The position numbers and the translations under genes are program-made. 64,000 nucleotides of DNA from Gammaproteobacteria bacterium. GTDB lineage: Bacteria > Pseudomonadota > Gammaproteobacteria > UBA12402. The stretch covers positions 9,519 to 73,518 of the forward strand of contig JASFHH010000002.1 in NCBI GenBank assembly GCA_050123335.1. Reading direction: 5' to 3'. How positions within the stretch are numbered: position 1 is the stretch's first letter; every line of letters starts with the position of its first letter. The notes under the pieces are model-generated. The model did no database searches, was not told the DNA's origin, and saw nothing but the letters and a program-made list of their open reading frames with translations. Positions 49,849 through 60,428 of this stretch are shown piece by piece.

Positions 49849-50652
49849 ATGCGCTGTGAATCGTTTTGTGTAACAGGATCTTATGATTTGCAGGCTATAG
49901 CAGATTCTTTTGCTAATAAAGGTTACGCTATCAATCAACACGGTAAAAAAGTTTTACATTTATCGAAAATTGCAAATCAGAAATGTGATATTTTTATTTT
50001 TTCTCATGGATCATTAGTTACTTGGGGGGTCGACGAAGCTGAAAGTTATAAAGTTATTGCAGAACTTAAGCCTTTTGCTAATAATCCATTAACGCATATC
50101 GAAACTGGAAGTTTTGAATTTCGATATGGAGATGAAACCAAATTTTTTGTTGACAAAAAGCTTAATCAGGATGTTATTATTTTGGAGTCCTCAGATCCGT
50201 CTATTAAACTTGCTGTTTCATACGGTTTGGCTCAATCAATTAAGCTTGAGTCGTTTGAGCAAACAGTAGAGAATGCAGTAAATAAAAATGTGTATTTGGC
50301 TCATGAATTATCAAGTCGTGGCAAAATACCGTTAACCAGACGGGAAATTTCCAAATGTATAGGCGAGATTTTTAAAGTAAAAAGTTTGGTTAACCTTAAT
50401 AGTGAATATTTAGATATACCAGAATATTTTTGGGAAAGGTCGGCGCTTGAAAACTATTATATTATTACAATTAAATTTTTGGATTTAAATAAGCGTGTTG
50501 CTGCGTTAAACCAAAGGCTTAATGTTTTGCAAGACTTATTTGATGTTTTGAACAATCAGTTACAGCATTCGCATTCAACTACTTTAGAATGGACAATTAT
50601 CATTTTGATTTTTATCGAAATTATAATTATGTTGATATATTACACTGTTTAA
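49849..50652 (+). CDS. RMD1/YagE family (DUF155) protein
   Basis: Overall pattern and the C-terminal hydrophobic helix (EWTIIILIFIEIIIMLI) are typical of DUF155. 267 aa. Confidence 0.5.
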   Translation: MRCESFCVTGSYDLQAIADSFANKGYAINQHGKKVLHLSKIANQKCDIFIFSHGSLVTWGVDEAESYKVIAELKPFANNPLTHIETGSFEFRYGDETKFFVDKKLNQDVIILESSDPSIKLAVSYGLAQSIKLESFEQTVENAVNKNVYLAHELSSRGKIPLTRREISKCIGEIFKVKSLVNLNSEYLDIPEYFWERSALENYYIITIKFLDLNKRVAALNQRLNVLQDLFDVLNNQLQHSHSTTLEWTIIILIFIEIIIMLIYYTV

Positions 50653-50665
50653 TAAGGATTTTTTT

Positions 50666-51634
50666 ATGAGTACCACTGACCAAGTAACATTTGCATGTGA
50701 TTTTGACAATAATGGTGGTGCGTCTGTTGTTGATTTAGATGCAAAACAAAAGGATGCGCAAACAAGGTGGGTTCATGTTAGTCTTTTAGATGATACAGGC
50801 AAAGCATGGTTGAAGGATAAAAGTGGGCTTAATGTGTTGGTTTGCGAGGCTATGTTAGCAAAAGAGACGCGGCCAAGATTGATGGTGTCCAATGGTGGTG
50901 TATTGATTATTTTGAGAAGTATTAATTTTCATCCGGGTGATGAGCCTGATGATATGTTATCAGTTAGAATTTGGATCGAAAAAAACAGGATAATTACTGC
51001 TTCAAGAAAAACTTTGTTATCTATTCGTGAAATTAAAGAAGCTTTAGAAAATAAGACTGGACCAATATCATCAATGGCTTTTTTAGATGATATTACTGGG
51101 CAAATTACCGATAAAATAGGTTTATATATTGATAAAATTGATGTGGCAATTTTCTCTTTGGAGAAAGAATCCGTTTTACTGCCAACTAAAGAAACTAGAA
51201 ATAAATTGGCTGAAGTTAGAAGTCAAATTGTTGCAATTCGCCGATATATTTCGCCACAAAGAGATGCTTTATCAAGATTAACACAACTTGATCGTTTTCC
51301 TTGGTTAACCGAAACTGATCGTTTTCATTTTATGGAAACATCTGATAGAACTATAAGGTGTTTGGAAGACTTGGATGAGGCTCGTGATCGTGCGACGATT
51401 ATTCGGGAAACTATTTCAAATTTAATTTCTGAGCGAGTTGAACAGCGAATGTATATTTTATCATTAGTGGCAGCTATTTTTTTGCCGCTGACTTTTCTTA
51501 CTGGGCTTTTAGGAATTAATGTTGCTGGAATTCCTGGAGCAAATGCAAAATCAGCATTTGCTCTGGTTACATTTGTTATGATTATTATTGCTGTTATCGA
51601 GTATATTTTATTTAAAAAGAAGCGGTGGTTATGA
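50666..51634 (+). CDS. CorA-family divalent-cation transporter (ZntB-like)
   Basis: Two C-terminal TM helices with ...FLPLTFLTGLLGINVAGIPG (GxN motif). 322 aa. Confidence 0.75.
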   Translation: MSTTDQVTFACDFDNNGGASVVDLDAKQKDAQTRWVHVSLLDDTGKAWLKDKSGLNVLVCEAMLAKETRPRLMVSNGGVLIILRSINFHPGDEPDDMLSVRIWIEKNRIITASRKTLLSIREIKEALENKTGPISSMAFLDDITGQITDKIGLYIDKIDVAIFSLEKESVLLPTKETRNKLAEVRSQIVAIRRYISPQRDALSRLTQLDRFPWLTETDRFHFMETSDRTIRCLEDLDEARDRATIIRETISNLISERVEQRMYILSLVAAIFLPLTFLTGLLGINVAGIPGANAKSAFALVTFVMIIIAVIEYILFKKKRWL

Positions 51635-51637
51635 TGT

Positions 51638-52999
51638 CTATAGTTCAACCGTATATCCATATTTCGGCACAATACATGTCCAGCCAAATTTATTTTCGAT
51701 TTTTTCCTTAGCTGATAATGATGCATGTAATTCACCATGAGTTATAAAGATGCGTTTTGGCGTGTTTTCAATTCCTTCGAGCCAATGTAAAATATCTTCA
51801 TAATCAGCATGTGCAGATAAATTATCAATGTCTGCAATTTGTGCTTTAACCGGGATAAACCTCCCATGAATTTTAATCGATTTTTCTCCATTAAGCAGTC
51901 GTGCACCGCGAGTGCCGGCTGCTTGAAAGCTGGTAAAAACAACGGAATTTTTTTCATACTCAATAAAGCGTTTTAAATGATGTAAAACTCTGCCACCAGT
52001 TGCCATTCCGCTGGCGGAAATTATAATTTTTGGAAAGGAATATTTGTCAATTTCCATTGATTCTTCGGGGGTTTTAACATATTCAATGCTGTTACAGATA
52101 GCATTAATACTGTCTTTCGATAATTTATGCAGATTACTATAATCGCAATATAGTTGGCTGACATTAGTAGCCATCGGACTGTCCAAATAAATAGGTATAT
52201 TCGGGATTAGTTCAGCTTGTTTTAGCTGATAAAGATAATACATAATTAATTGTGATCTACCAACTGCAAAGGCTGGGATAATGATTACTCCGCTTCTTTT
52301 GCTTGTTTCATTAATTATTTTAGCTAATAATTTTTTTGGATCAGCATCGCTATGCAGACGATCACCATAAGTAGATTCTACAACTAAATAATCAGCATGT
52401 TCTATTGCAGCGGGCGCTTTTATTATTGGGTCATCAAAACGTCCGACATCTCCGGAAAAAGCCAACGATTTATGGTTGTATTTTATTGTAACGTAATTTG
52501 CTCCCAGAATATGTCCCACAGGAGTTAATTGTATTCTAAAATCAGTTGCAAGGGTGTATTCTTTATCCCAATCAATTATTTCCAGATATTTAAAAACATT
52601 TTTCGCGTCATTTTCAGTGTAAAGTGGCAATGCTGGTTTATGCTTGGAAAACCCTTTTCTATTGGCGAATCGTGCATCTTCTTCATGTAATCTACCGCTA
52701 TCTGGTAGTAAAATACGACATAAAGCATTTGTGGCAGCAGAACATAATATTTTGCCTTTGAAACCATTTTTAACCAGTAACGGTAAATAGCCACTATGAT
52801 CGATATGCGCATGAGTTAAGATAACATAGTCTATGGTTTTTGGATCGACAGGTAAGGGCTCCCAATTTCTTAAACGTAATTCTTTTAACCCCTGAAATAA
52901 ACCGCAATCAACTAATATTTTAAGGTTATCTGCTTCAATTAAATATTTTGACCCAGTAACTGTTTGAGTGGCTCCTAAAAATGTGAGGCGCATAAACAC
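51638..52999 (-). CDS. MBL-fold beta-CASP family RNA-processing metallo-hydrolase
   Basis: HAHIDHSGYLP metallo-beta-lactamase motif near the N-terminus plus the beta-CASP arrangement. 453 aa. Confidence 0.8.
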   Translation of the reverse strand: MFMRLTFLGATQTVTGSKYLIEADNLKILVDCGLFQGLKELRLRNWEPLPVDPKTIDYVILTHAHIDHSGYLPLLVKNGFKGKILCSAATNALCRILLPDSGRLHEEDARFANRKGFSKHKPALPLYTENDAKNVFKYLEIIDWDKEYTLATDFRIQLTPVGHILGANYVTIKYNHKSLAFSGDVGRFDDPIIKAPAAIEHADYLVVESTYGDRLHSDADPKKLLAKIINETSKRSGVIIIPAFAVGRSQLIMYYLYQLKQAELIPNIPIYLDSPMATNVSQLYCDYSNLHKLSKDSINAICNSIEYVKTPEESMEIDKYSFPKIIISASGMATGGRVLHHLKRFIEYEKNSVVFTSFQAAGTRGARLLNGEKSIKIHGRFIPVKAQIADIDNLSAHADYEDILHWLEGIENTPKRIFITHGELHASLSAKEKIENKFGWTCIVPKYGYTVEL

Positions 53000-53133
53000 T
53001 CCTATCGAAAATGTTAAGTTTATACCTGGTGTCCTTCTTGGTCAATGAGAAGAGGATGAGTTTGCATGGTTTTGTAAAAATCGTTAATTCTAAATTGCTG
53101 AGGGTTTTATTCCACTTTGCTTTAATTTGTCGA

Positions 53134-56100
53134 TTAATGTTGATACATATTACGTTTCTGGCCATTATTGGTTTTTTTGGGGTCATTATTATTTTTATTA
53201 TCTTTGCTAAAGAACTTTAATCCCTTAGAATTTTTTTGTGCCTTTTTTATGTTGATATAAATATTTTGAGGGGTTAAACCATCTTTGTTTTGCTGTGTAT
53301 TTAATCCAGAGAATTTTTTTGCCAATTCCAAGTAATACTTACTACTAACCTTTGCTAAAACATGTAATATATTATTATCTGAAGAATTTTTCCATTTCGG
53401 GTCTGCATATTTTATGCAAAGTGTCACCAAATCCCAACGGGAATTTTTAATCATAGATTCGAGCAAAGAATCACTACTATTTGGCGAAACGCTATTTAAT
53501 GCTTCAATAATAAATTTTTTTTCTACCTTTTTGAACAAGTCATCAAGCGCTGTTACTATGTTTTTTTGTTTTTGCAAAACAAAAATCATCCAAATAAGTG
53601 AAATAATATCATTATTATCCTGCATTTTTGTGAGTCTATTGTTAATAAGCTCATCTTTTAACATAATGGCTATTTCAGATTTAGGTTCAAAAGCTATTTT
53701 TTTAAACACGATCATGCCTGTATTGTAGTTTGACCAAAAATCGATATAAGGCAACATAAGTTCAAGAAAATTATTTTTTAAAGTGGGCGGTATATTTTCA
53801 TCATTACCAGTAAGCAACATCATTAAAGGAGTCATAGCTAGATTAAACTTTTTGGCGTCATCTTCTTTTTTGTTTTCTGTCGGAATTTTGATCTCAGAAA
53901 TACCCTGATTGATATAATGAAATAGTTGATCTTTTGGAACATTTTTCAGCAAACATTCAAACAAAGCAAGATTACCACGATAAATTACTTTATGAAATAT
54001 ACTATAGCCTTTTAAATCCGTATCAAATAACTCATTCAATGGTATATTTTTGCATGCAAATTTAATAATATCTTCAACCTCATTATTCCAAGGTTTATTA
54101 ATAAGGTGTGTAAAAACATTTCCATAATCATATTGAATTAAACAAATCTTCCCTAAGCAATTGTATATAATTTTAGCCGCAGCAAAATTGTTCATTAACA
54201 AAGCTTTTTCAAAAATATTAACCTGCATATTATTTGGTTGCTCAAAGTTGAAAAAATCCTCAAGCAATTTGCTTTTTTCGTGTTTTTTTACATTTTCCAA
54301 TAATAACTTGAGCTTATTATTCAATTTAGGACGTTCTATACAAAAATCAATTATTTGCATAAGATCATATGAAATAATCTGGTCTTGAAACTTGTTTGCT
54401 TTAAATAAATCAATAATGTGGTCAAGATGAAGGTTGATCATTTTTTGTGTGGCATTAGGGTGAAATGCATACTGATAAGCCTTCAACCCAAGCATATTGA
54501 TTGTATATTTAAGCTTATGCTCATCAAACAGTTTTTTAACAAAAGAAACATTCCCATCCATTGTAGCAAGATATAGACCTGTTGCATTTATCGGCCATTC
54601 TTTGTTCTTTTTATCTTTATTTTTGCTTTTTCGTTTCTTTGAATCTATGATTTTTTTCTCTTTTTTCTTTTTGAATTTTTTGTTGTTTGGTTTAAAAATC
54701 ATCTGTTGCAGTTTTGAGTTATTTGCAAGTATTTTTTTAAGCTTGTTAACGAAATTCTCAAGATGTGTTGGGAAAAGCAAAAGACCCCTAACTAAGCATT
54801 CAGAATTCTTATATCCAAAGATATCAAATTTACTTTCATGAGGTAATTCTTTCTGGAATATTTTTTTAACTTCCTTATTTTTATATAGATAGAAACAAAT
54901 TTTTGTAAGAGAATGCTCGTTAAAACCATATTTTTTTAAAATTTGTTTTGACTTGTTAATTGACTCTCCTCGTGACAATATTTTTATTTCAGGTGGACGA
55001 ATAATTTTGGGTTTGTTATTGAAAGTCTTGGCGCTTTCTTCTAATTTTGCACGTTTTATTTTTTCAAGCAATTGCTTTTTTAGCAGCCTTTTTTTTAAAG
55101 AAAATTGTTTTTTCTTCTTTTTCCTTTTGGATTTTTTAGATTTCTTGTTGATTTTAATCTCTTGTATAAGATTTAATTCTTTTATTAAAGTTTTAACATC
55201 GTTTTTTATTGCATCTGTCTGTATAGATTTAAGCTCAAAAAGTATTTCTTTTGTGTTATTATCTAATTTCTTAAGATGAGCACATAGGTTTTCTATGTAG
55301 ATATTTTGAATAGTCCTTTTAGATAATGATTGTAGGGTTTCTTTTGCTTTTTTGAAATCTTTTAAAGCAATATAATGATATATTTTATACGGATGGTTGT
55401 GCGTGAACAAGTTTTTGTCGTGCAAAACTTTAATGACTAATTTGCTTGCTCTATATTGAAATGCTCTGTTTATTATTTTTTTTATATGAGAATGTGTGGT
55501 TAAGTGTTTGTGGTGTATTAATAATGTCTTTAACAATTTATAATTGTCCACTTTGAATGCAATATCTAAGAGATTATTTTTCATTGAAGTTGTGCTGAAC
55601 AATTTCAGCGGTAAACGATAAGTTACTTTATCAATAGTGCGTTTATTATCAATTTGCAAACAAATTTCTTTTGATGATGTTAATTTCACATCGATTTTCA
55701 TATCATGAGTTTTAAATAGATAATGTGATTTACCATATGCAAGATGTCCAATTGAAGCAATAATAAATTGTATGGATTTGTTTTTAGGTTGGATTTCTCT
55801 AAGGGTTTGCAAAAAATCTGATGTGGGTAAGGTTGAGCCATTACCTAAAAGATTGATGGCAGTATTGGTTTGGCTGTAAAGCAATGCATAATGTAACGGT
55901 GTATCACATGTTATAGAAAATTTGTTTATTTTGTATGTTTTTTTTAATTTTTCGCAAATTGTATCTGGATGTAGACTAATGACTTCAGCGATGTTTTCTG
56001 ATAACTTGAAATGGATGGAGTTAATTAGGGGTGTGCACTTTTGTTTTGATGAGTTTGTTTTGTTAATATTATACAATTTTTTGATATAATTATAGTTTAT

Positions 56101-58308
56101 ATTGTCTTTGTTTGCTAAATTTTCATCAAGAATATATCTGATAATGTTAGAGCAGTTTTTGGATGCAAGAATGCCTGCACCCAGAGCGTAATTTATTACA
56201 TGCATCTTGTTTAAGCAATTGGTCATATATAATTTAGAGCCGTTTTTTAATAGATACTTAAAGATTTCATGGTCTTTTGCGATAATAGAAACATTAAGAG
56301 GGGTTTGGTTATATATATTAGGTTGTTCGAGGCCAAATAATTTTGAGTCGATGAGTTTTTTTGTCATTTTAGCTTGGCCATGTATTATTGAATATGTGAG
56401 TATTGTTTCTCCATAATGGTGTTTATTTTTAAAGTCTTTATGGTTTTGTGTGTTCTTTATGTAATCATCGACTTTTCTAAAATCAGCGTTTCTAATGATT
56501 TGAAAAATATTTTGTGGTTTTGGGTTTGTTTTGAATTTTTTTAAATATTTATTAAGTATGGGCTGGTATAAGCTATTTTGCTTTTCGTTTTGAATGGTTG
56601 TTATGACTTCATTGGTAATTTTGGCTCCATTCTGAATTAATTTTTCAAAGCTTTTTATATCTAGGCTATGTGTTATGGCATCATATAGGATGTATTTGAT
56701 TTTGTTAAAGTTAATTTTTTTCGTTAAAAGATGCTTTATTATTTGTGGATTTATATTTTTCTTTTCTATAGCGTTTGTAACTTCATGTTCATATGTATAG
56801 TCATGCTTGTCTAATTCTGTAGTGAATATTTTAAGCATTTTAAAATCATTCTTTTCGATGGAATATTGCAGCATGCTGCATAAGCTCGATATTGATATTT
56901 TAGTATAATTCAAAAAGTCTTTGACAATGTTATATTTGGTTAATTCAACAGCTAGCTCAAACGCAGTTCTTGCTGAATAGGAATGGTTCTTACAGAACAA
57001 AGGCATGTTGATATTATCAGAATGTTTTTCTATTATGTTTGTAATTAACTTCTTTTTTCCAAGTATAATCGCAATTGCCAAGATTGAATAGCCGCATGGA
57101 ATGCCCTGATATTCTTTTGATGACACAGTTTGGTACATGTATGATGGTATTTTATTGTCTTTTATTAGTTGTATTAATTTTCTTGGATTTTTTAATAATT
57201 TATTTGCATATTTTTCACATTTTTCCTTATTTTTATTGTCAGCTAGATAATGATTTAATAATTTTTCGTTATATTGTTTTATTAGTGGAGAGTAATTTTT
57301 GATTTTGTGTTCAAATTCTGATAGATATTTTTTTAGATAATAACATAAAGCATCTAAAGATTTAGGGTTGTTGTTCTTGCAGAGATAGTCTATTGGGGTA
57401 TCTCCTTTTTGGTTTTTTTTATCCCATCCAAATCTTTCATAAAGAATCATGCCAAATTTTATATTTGTTACTATTTTTTTGCTTTTACTTTCACAAAATT
57501 TATGTAGCTGATAATGATTGTTAATGTATTTGATTGTTGCATCAGCTTTGAATTTTTTCAGTCTAAAACATAACCAAAGTTTTCCTGGAAGTTCATTTTT
57601 ATACGGTTGTAAAAGTTTATCCAATTCTTTTGTTCCCATAGATTTGTTTAATTCATCGTAAATTTTAATAGCAAAATCACACTCTGTTATTAAACAGGGA
57701 TAGAAGGTTAAAAATGTGTGTAATGCGCACAAGTAACTTTCATTTCTTGCGTCTTCGTCGTCTATAAAGTTGCTTAGTATTTTACAAATTTGAAAAATAT
57801 CTGCATCATTGGTTTGTTTTTCTTTGCATGTTTTGATTACTTTTTTGTAAGCATCACTAATTATTGTGTTATTTGGCAGACTTTTTTTGATTTTGAGTAT
57901 CAATTTTTTTAATGATTTATTTTCAGCAAGAATTTCACAGTAATGAATTATAAAGTTGCTGCATATTTTGCTGAGAATTGTTTGTGCCGCAATTTTATTA
58001 GGATATGTCTTTTCATCCAATATGCGTGATAAAGTTTCTATTATTTTTTTAGTAATAGTTAAGGTTTGTGTATTGTCATCGGGTCTTAAGTTTACTATAT
58101 CAAATAAATTAAAGTTTTCTTTTAAATGTTTTTCGAAGGCTTGCAAATATAATATATATTTATGGTATATTTTTTTGTTTAATAACGTTTCACAGCATGT
58201 TATTAATTCGGATAGTAGGTTTTTGTATATGCTTGATGTTGTGTCATGTATATTATTATACCATTTTATTTGAGAAAAATAATCTTCAAATTCTTCAAGA
58301 GTTTTCAT
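53134..58308 (-). CDS. giant (1724 aa) ankyrin-repeat-containing Lys/Asn-rich protein, effector-like
   Basis: Multiple ANK-like units (e.g. CDTPLHYALLYSQTNTAINLLGNGSTL; GETILTYSIIHGQAKMTKKLIDS; QTPLNVSIIAKDHEIFKYLLKNGSKL). Poly-Lys tracts (KKSKKSKRKKKKKQ; KKFKKKKEKKIIDSKKRKSKNKDKKNKE). GC is very low. Confidence 0.55.
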   Translation of the reverse strand: MKTLEEFEDYFSQIKWYNNIHDTTSSIYKNLLSELITCCETLLNKKIYHKYILYLQAFEKHLKENFNLFDIVNLRPDDNTQTLTITKKIIETLSRILDEKTYPNKIAAQTILSKICSNFIIHYCEILAENKSLKKLILKIKKSLPNNTIISDAYKKVIKTCKEKQTNDADIFQICKILSNFIDDEDARNESYLCALHTFLTFYPCLITECDFAIKIYDELNKSMGTKELDKLLQPYKNELPGKLWLCFRLKKFKADATIKYINNHYQLHKFCESKSKKIVTNIKFGMILYERFGWDKKNQKGDTPIDYLCKNNNPKSLDALCYYLKKYLSEFEHKIKNYSPLIKQYNEKLLNHYLADNKNKEKCEKYANKLLKNPRKLIQLIKDNKIPSYMYQTVSSKEYQGIPCGYSILAIAIILGKKKLITNIIEKHSDNINMPLFCKNHSYSARTAFELAVELTKYNIVKDFLNYTKISISSLCSMLQYSIEKNDFKMLKIFTTELDKHDYTYEHEVTNAIEKKNINPQIIKHLLTKKINFNKIKYILYDAITHSLDIKSFEKLIQNGAKITNEVITTIQNEKQNSLYQPILNKYLKKFKTNPKPQNIFQIIRNADFRKVDDYIKNTQNHKDFKNKHHYGETILTYSIIHGQAKMTKKLIDSKLFGLEQPNIYNQTPLNVSIIAKDHEIFKYLLKNGSKLYMTNCLNKMHVINYALGAGILASKNCSNIIRYILDENLANKDNINYNYIKKLYNINKTNSSKQKCTPLINSIHFKLSENIAEVISLHPDTICEKLKKTYKINKFSITCDTPLHYALLYSQTNTAINLLGNGSTLPTSDFLQTLREIQPKNKSIQFIIASIGHLAYGKSHYLFKTHDMKIDVKLTSSKEICLQIDNKRTIDKVTYRLPLKLFSTTSMKNNLLDIAFKVDNYKLLKTLLIHHKHLTTHSHIKKIINRAFQYRASKLVIKVLHDKNLFTHNHPYKIYHYIALKDFKKAKETLQSLSKRTIQNIYIENLCAHLKKLDNNTKEILFELKSIQTDAIKNDVKTLIKELNLIQEIKINKKSKKSKRKKKKKQFSLKKRLLKKQLLEKIKRAKLEESAKTFNNKPKIIRPPEIKILSRGESINKSKQILKKYGFNEHSLTKICFYLYKNKEVKKIFQKELPHESKFDIFGYKNSECLVRGLLLFPTHLENFVNKLKKILANNSKLQQMIFKPNNKKFKKKKEKKIIDSKKRKSKNKDKKNKEWPINATGLYLATMDGNVSFVKKLFDEHKLKYTINMLGLKAYQYAFHPNATQKMINLHLDHIIDLFKANKFQDQIISYDLMQIIDFCIERPKLNNKLKLLLENVKKHEKSKLLEDFFNFEQPNNMQVNIFEKALLMNNFAAAKIIYNCLGKICLIQYDYGNVFTHLINKPWNNEVEDIIKFACKNIPLNELFDTDLKGYSIFHKVIYRGNLALFECLLKNVPKDQLFHYINQGISEIKIPTENKKEDDAKKFNLAMTPLMMLLTGNDENIPPTLKNNFLELMLPYIDFWSNYNTGMIVFKKIAFEPKSEIAIMLKDELINNRLTKMQDNNDIISLIWMIFVLQKQKNIVTALDDLFKKVEKKFIIEALNSVSPNSSDSLLESMIKNSRWDLVTLCIKYADPKWKNSSDNNILHVLAKVSSKYYLELAKKFSGLNTQQNKDGLTPQNIYINIKKAQKNSKGLKFFSKDNKNNNDPKKTNNGQKRNMYQH

Positions 58309-58452
58309 TGTTATTTCTTCCTATATTGTCCGAAAAGTGTAAATATTTTAATCTGATATTTCCCATTTGGCCGATAGGTATCATTACTTCGTTTTGATTA
58401 TAGCAGTTATTTCTTAAGGCAAGCTTAAGAGATCAAAAGATAAGGGCTTTTT

Positions 58453-60303
58453 TTAATTTGGGGGAACTAAGCAGTTTTTTTTATGGCCGATTAAATCATT
58501 ACGTCCAAGTTGTTTTAAAGCCTGGCGAAGCAACGGCCAGTTTTTTGGTTCATGGTAGCGTAAAAAAGCTTTATGCAATCGACGTTGTTTAGCGCCTTTA
58601 GGAATATATACTTTTGAACTGGAAGATATTGTATCTTTTAACGGGTTGAAACCAGTGTGATACATGGTGGTAGCTAAAGTAAGCGGAGTTGGTAAAAAAT
58701 TTTGTACTTTCTCCAAGCGAAAGTTATTTGTTTTAAGCCAAAGAGCTAATTCTAACATGTCTTCATCGCGTGTGCCGGGGTGAGCGGCAATAAAGTATGG
58801 AATAAGGTATTGTTCTTTGTTAGCAGCACAGGAATATTTAGTAAATAATTTTGAAAATTCAGTATAAATGTCGATGCCTGGTTTGCACATAATTTCTAAA
58901 ACATTATCTGTAATATGTTCGGGTGCAATCTTTAAATAACCTCCGACATGATGACTGATGAGCTCTTTAATGTAAGGAGGAGATTTAAGTGCCAAGTCAT
59001 AACGCACACCGGAGGCGATTAAAACTTTTTTAATTCCCGGGATATTGCGGGCTTTTTTATAAATCTGAATCAGCGCGTTATGATTAGTTTTTAGATTGGG
59101 ACAGATTTTAGGATGTAAGCATGATAGCTTACGGCATTTAGTTGTACATGGCGGAAGCTTGCAGTTCAGGTTGTACATGTTGGCGCTTGGTCCGCCAAGA
59201 TCGGAAATGATTCCTGTAAAGCCAGGGACGTTATCTCTGATAAGTTCGATTTCTGTTAAAATTGAACGCTCGCTGCGGTTTTGAATGATGCGGCCTTCAT
59301 GGGCGGTAATTGCACAAAAACTACAGCCGCCAAAACATCCGCGAACAATAGTTACTGAAGTTTTAATCATTTCATAGGCTGGAATTTTAGCTGTTCCGTA
59401 AGACGGGTGAGGTAAGCGCGAATAAGGTAATTCATAAATTTTATCAAGTTCTTTAGTTGTTAGCGGAATAGCAGGTGGATTAATAACAACGAAACGATCA
59501 TTGTGCTTTTGCGCAAGAGGTTTAGCTATAAACGGGTTTGATTCCAAATAAAAGGTTCTGACCGCTTGTGCGTATAAAAGAGGTGAGTTTTTTACCTTGA
59601 TAAATGAAGGTAATTTTATGGCTTCATTAGGAGGCTTGTTTGCAACAATACAACTGCCGCGTAGATTATTGATATCTTTTATATTGGTTCCTTTGGCGAG
59701 CTGGTGAGCTAGCTCGACAATTGCTCTTTCAGCGTTGCCATAAAGTAAGATATCTGCTTTGGAATCCATTAATAATGAGTGTCGCACTTTGTCTGACCAA
59801 TAATCATAATGAGCAATTCTGCGTAATGATGCTTCAATTCCTCCGACGATTATTGGCACGTCATGGTAGGCTTCGCGGCAACGTTGTGCATAGACAATAG
59901 TAGCTCGGTCCGGGCGTTTGTTTGATGCGGCATTTGGGGTATAAGCATCATCGGAACGTATTTTTCGGTCAGCAGTATAGCGGTTAACCATCGAATCCAT
60001 ATTGCCGGAAGTGATCCCAAAAAATAGGTTGGGTTTTCCTAGTCGCATGAAGTCAACGCAGCTATGCCAATCTGGCTGGCTAATGATGCCAACTCTAAAA
60101 CCTTGCGCTTCTAATAATCTGCTAATTAACGCCATGCCAAAGCTGGCGTGGTCAACATATGCATCACCAGTGACAATAATAATATCGCAGCTATCCCAGC
60201 CGAGTTGTTGCATTTCTATCCGTGACATCGGTAATACTGGCGCAATACCAAAACGTTTAGCCCAATATTTGCGATAGGAAAAGATGTTAGTTGGTTTGGT
60301 CAT
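58453..60303 (-). CDS. ygiQ: YgiQ family radical SAM protein (UPF0313)
   Basis: N-terminal YgiQ signature (...[21 protein letters not shown]...) and radical SAM cysteine cluster [10 protein letters not shown]. 616 aa. Confidence 0.8.
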   Translation of the reverse strand: MTKPTNIFSYRKYWAKRFGIAPVLPMSRIEMQQLGWDSCDIIIVTGDAYVDHASFGMALISRLLEAQGFRVGIISQPDWHSCVDFMRLGKPNLFFGITSGNMDSMVNRYTADRKIRSDDAYTPNAASNKRPDRATIVYAQRCREAYHDVPIIVGGIEASLRRIAHYDYWSDKVRHSLLMDSKADILLYGNAERAIVELAHQLAKGTNIKDINNLRGSCIVANKPPNEAIKLPSFIKVKNSPLLYAQAVRTFYLESNPFIAKPLAQKHNDRFVVINPPAIPLTTKELDKIYELPYSRLPHPSYGTAKIPAYEMIKTSVTIVRGCFGGCSFCAITAHEGRIIQNRSERSILTEIELIRDNVPGFTGIISDLGGPSANMYNLNCKLPPCTTKCRKLSCLHPKICPNLKTNHNALIQIYKKARNIPGIKKVLIASGVRYDLALKSPPYIKELISHHVGGYLKIAPEHITDNVLEIMCKPGIDIYTEFSKLFTKYSCAANKEQYLIPYFIAAHPGTRDEDMLELALWLKTNNFRLEKVQNFLPTPLTLATTMYHTGFNPLKDTISSSSKVYIPKGAKQRRLHKAFLRYHEPKNWPLLRQALKQLGRNDLIGHKKNCLVPPN

Positions 60304-60428
60304 CGCGGTATTATATATGAGTTTTGTTAGTAAAATAAATGTTTGCTTTTGCTAAAAATAAGCGTAGCATCATTTGCTTTTTTGTAGATTTGGTCTATAT
60401 CAAGTTAAATTACTTCAAGAATATTTGT

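Noticed and set aside
54600-55200. A-rich runs that look like simple repeats
   Set aside because: They are the coding sequence for poly-Lys tracts (AAA/AAG codons) within the ankyrin protein, not a non-coding repeat.
53011-58397. Numerous 60-115-aa plus-strand ORFs inside the giant ankyrin gene (e.g. 53414-53728, 54497-54841, 54953-55279, 57956-58273)
   Set aside because: They are antisense to a long, coherent CDS. Their Phe/Leu/Ile-rich low-complexity translations are what one expects from reading Lys/Asn-rich codons backwards.
60339-60428. Upstream 30-codon extension of the MFS transporter ORF
   Set aside because: It overlaps the divergent ygiQ start region and encodes a non-membrane, atypical N-terminus; the internal ATG at 60429 (MKLAKL...) gives a canonical MFS start.
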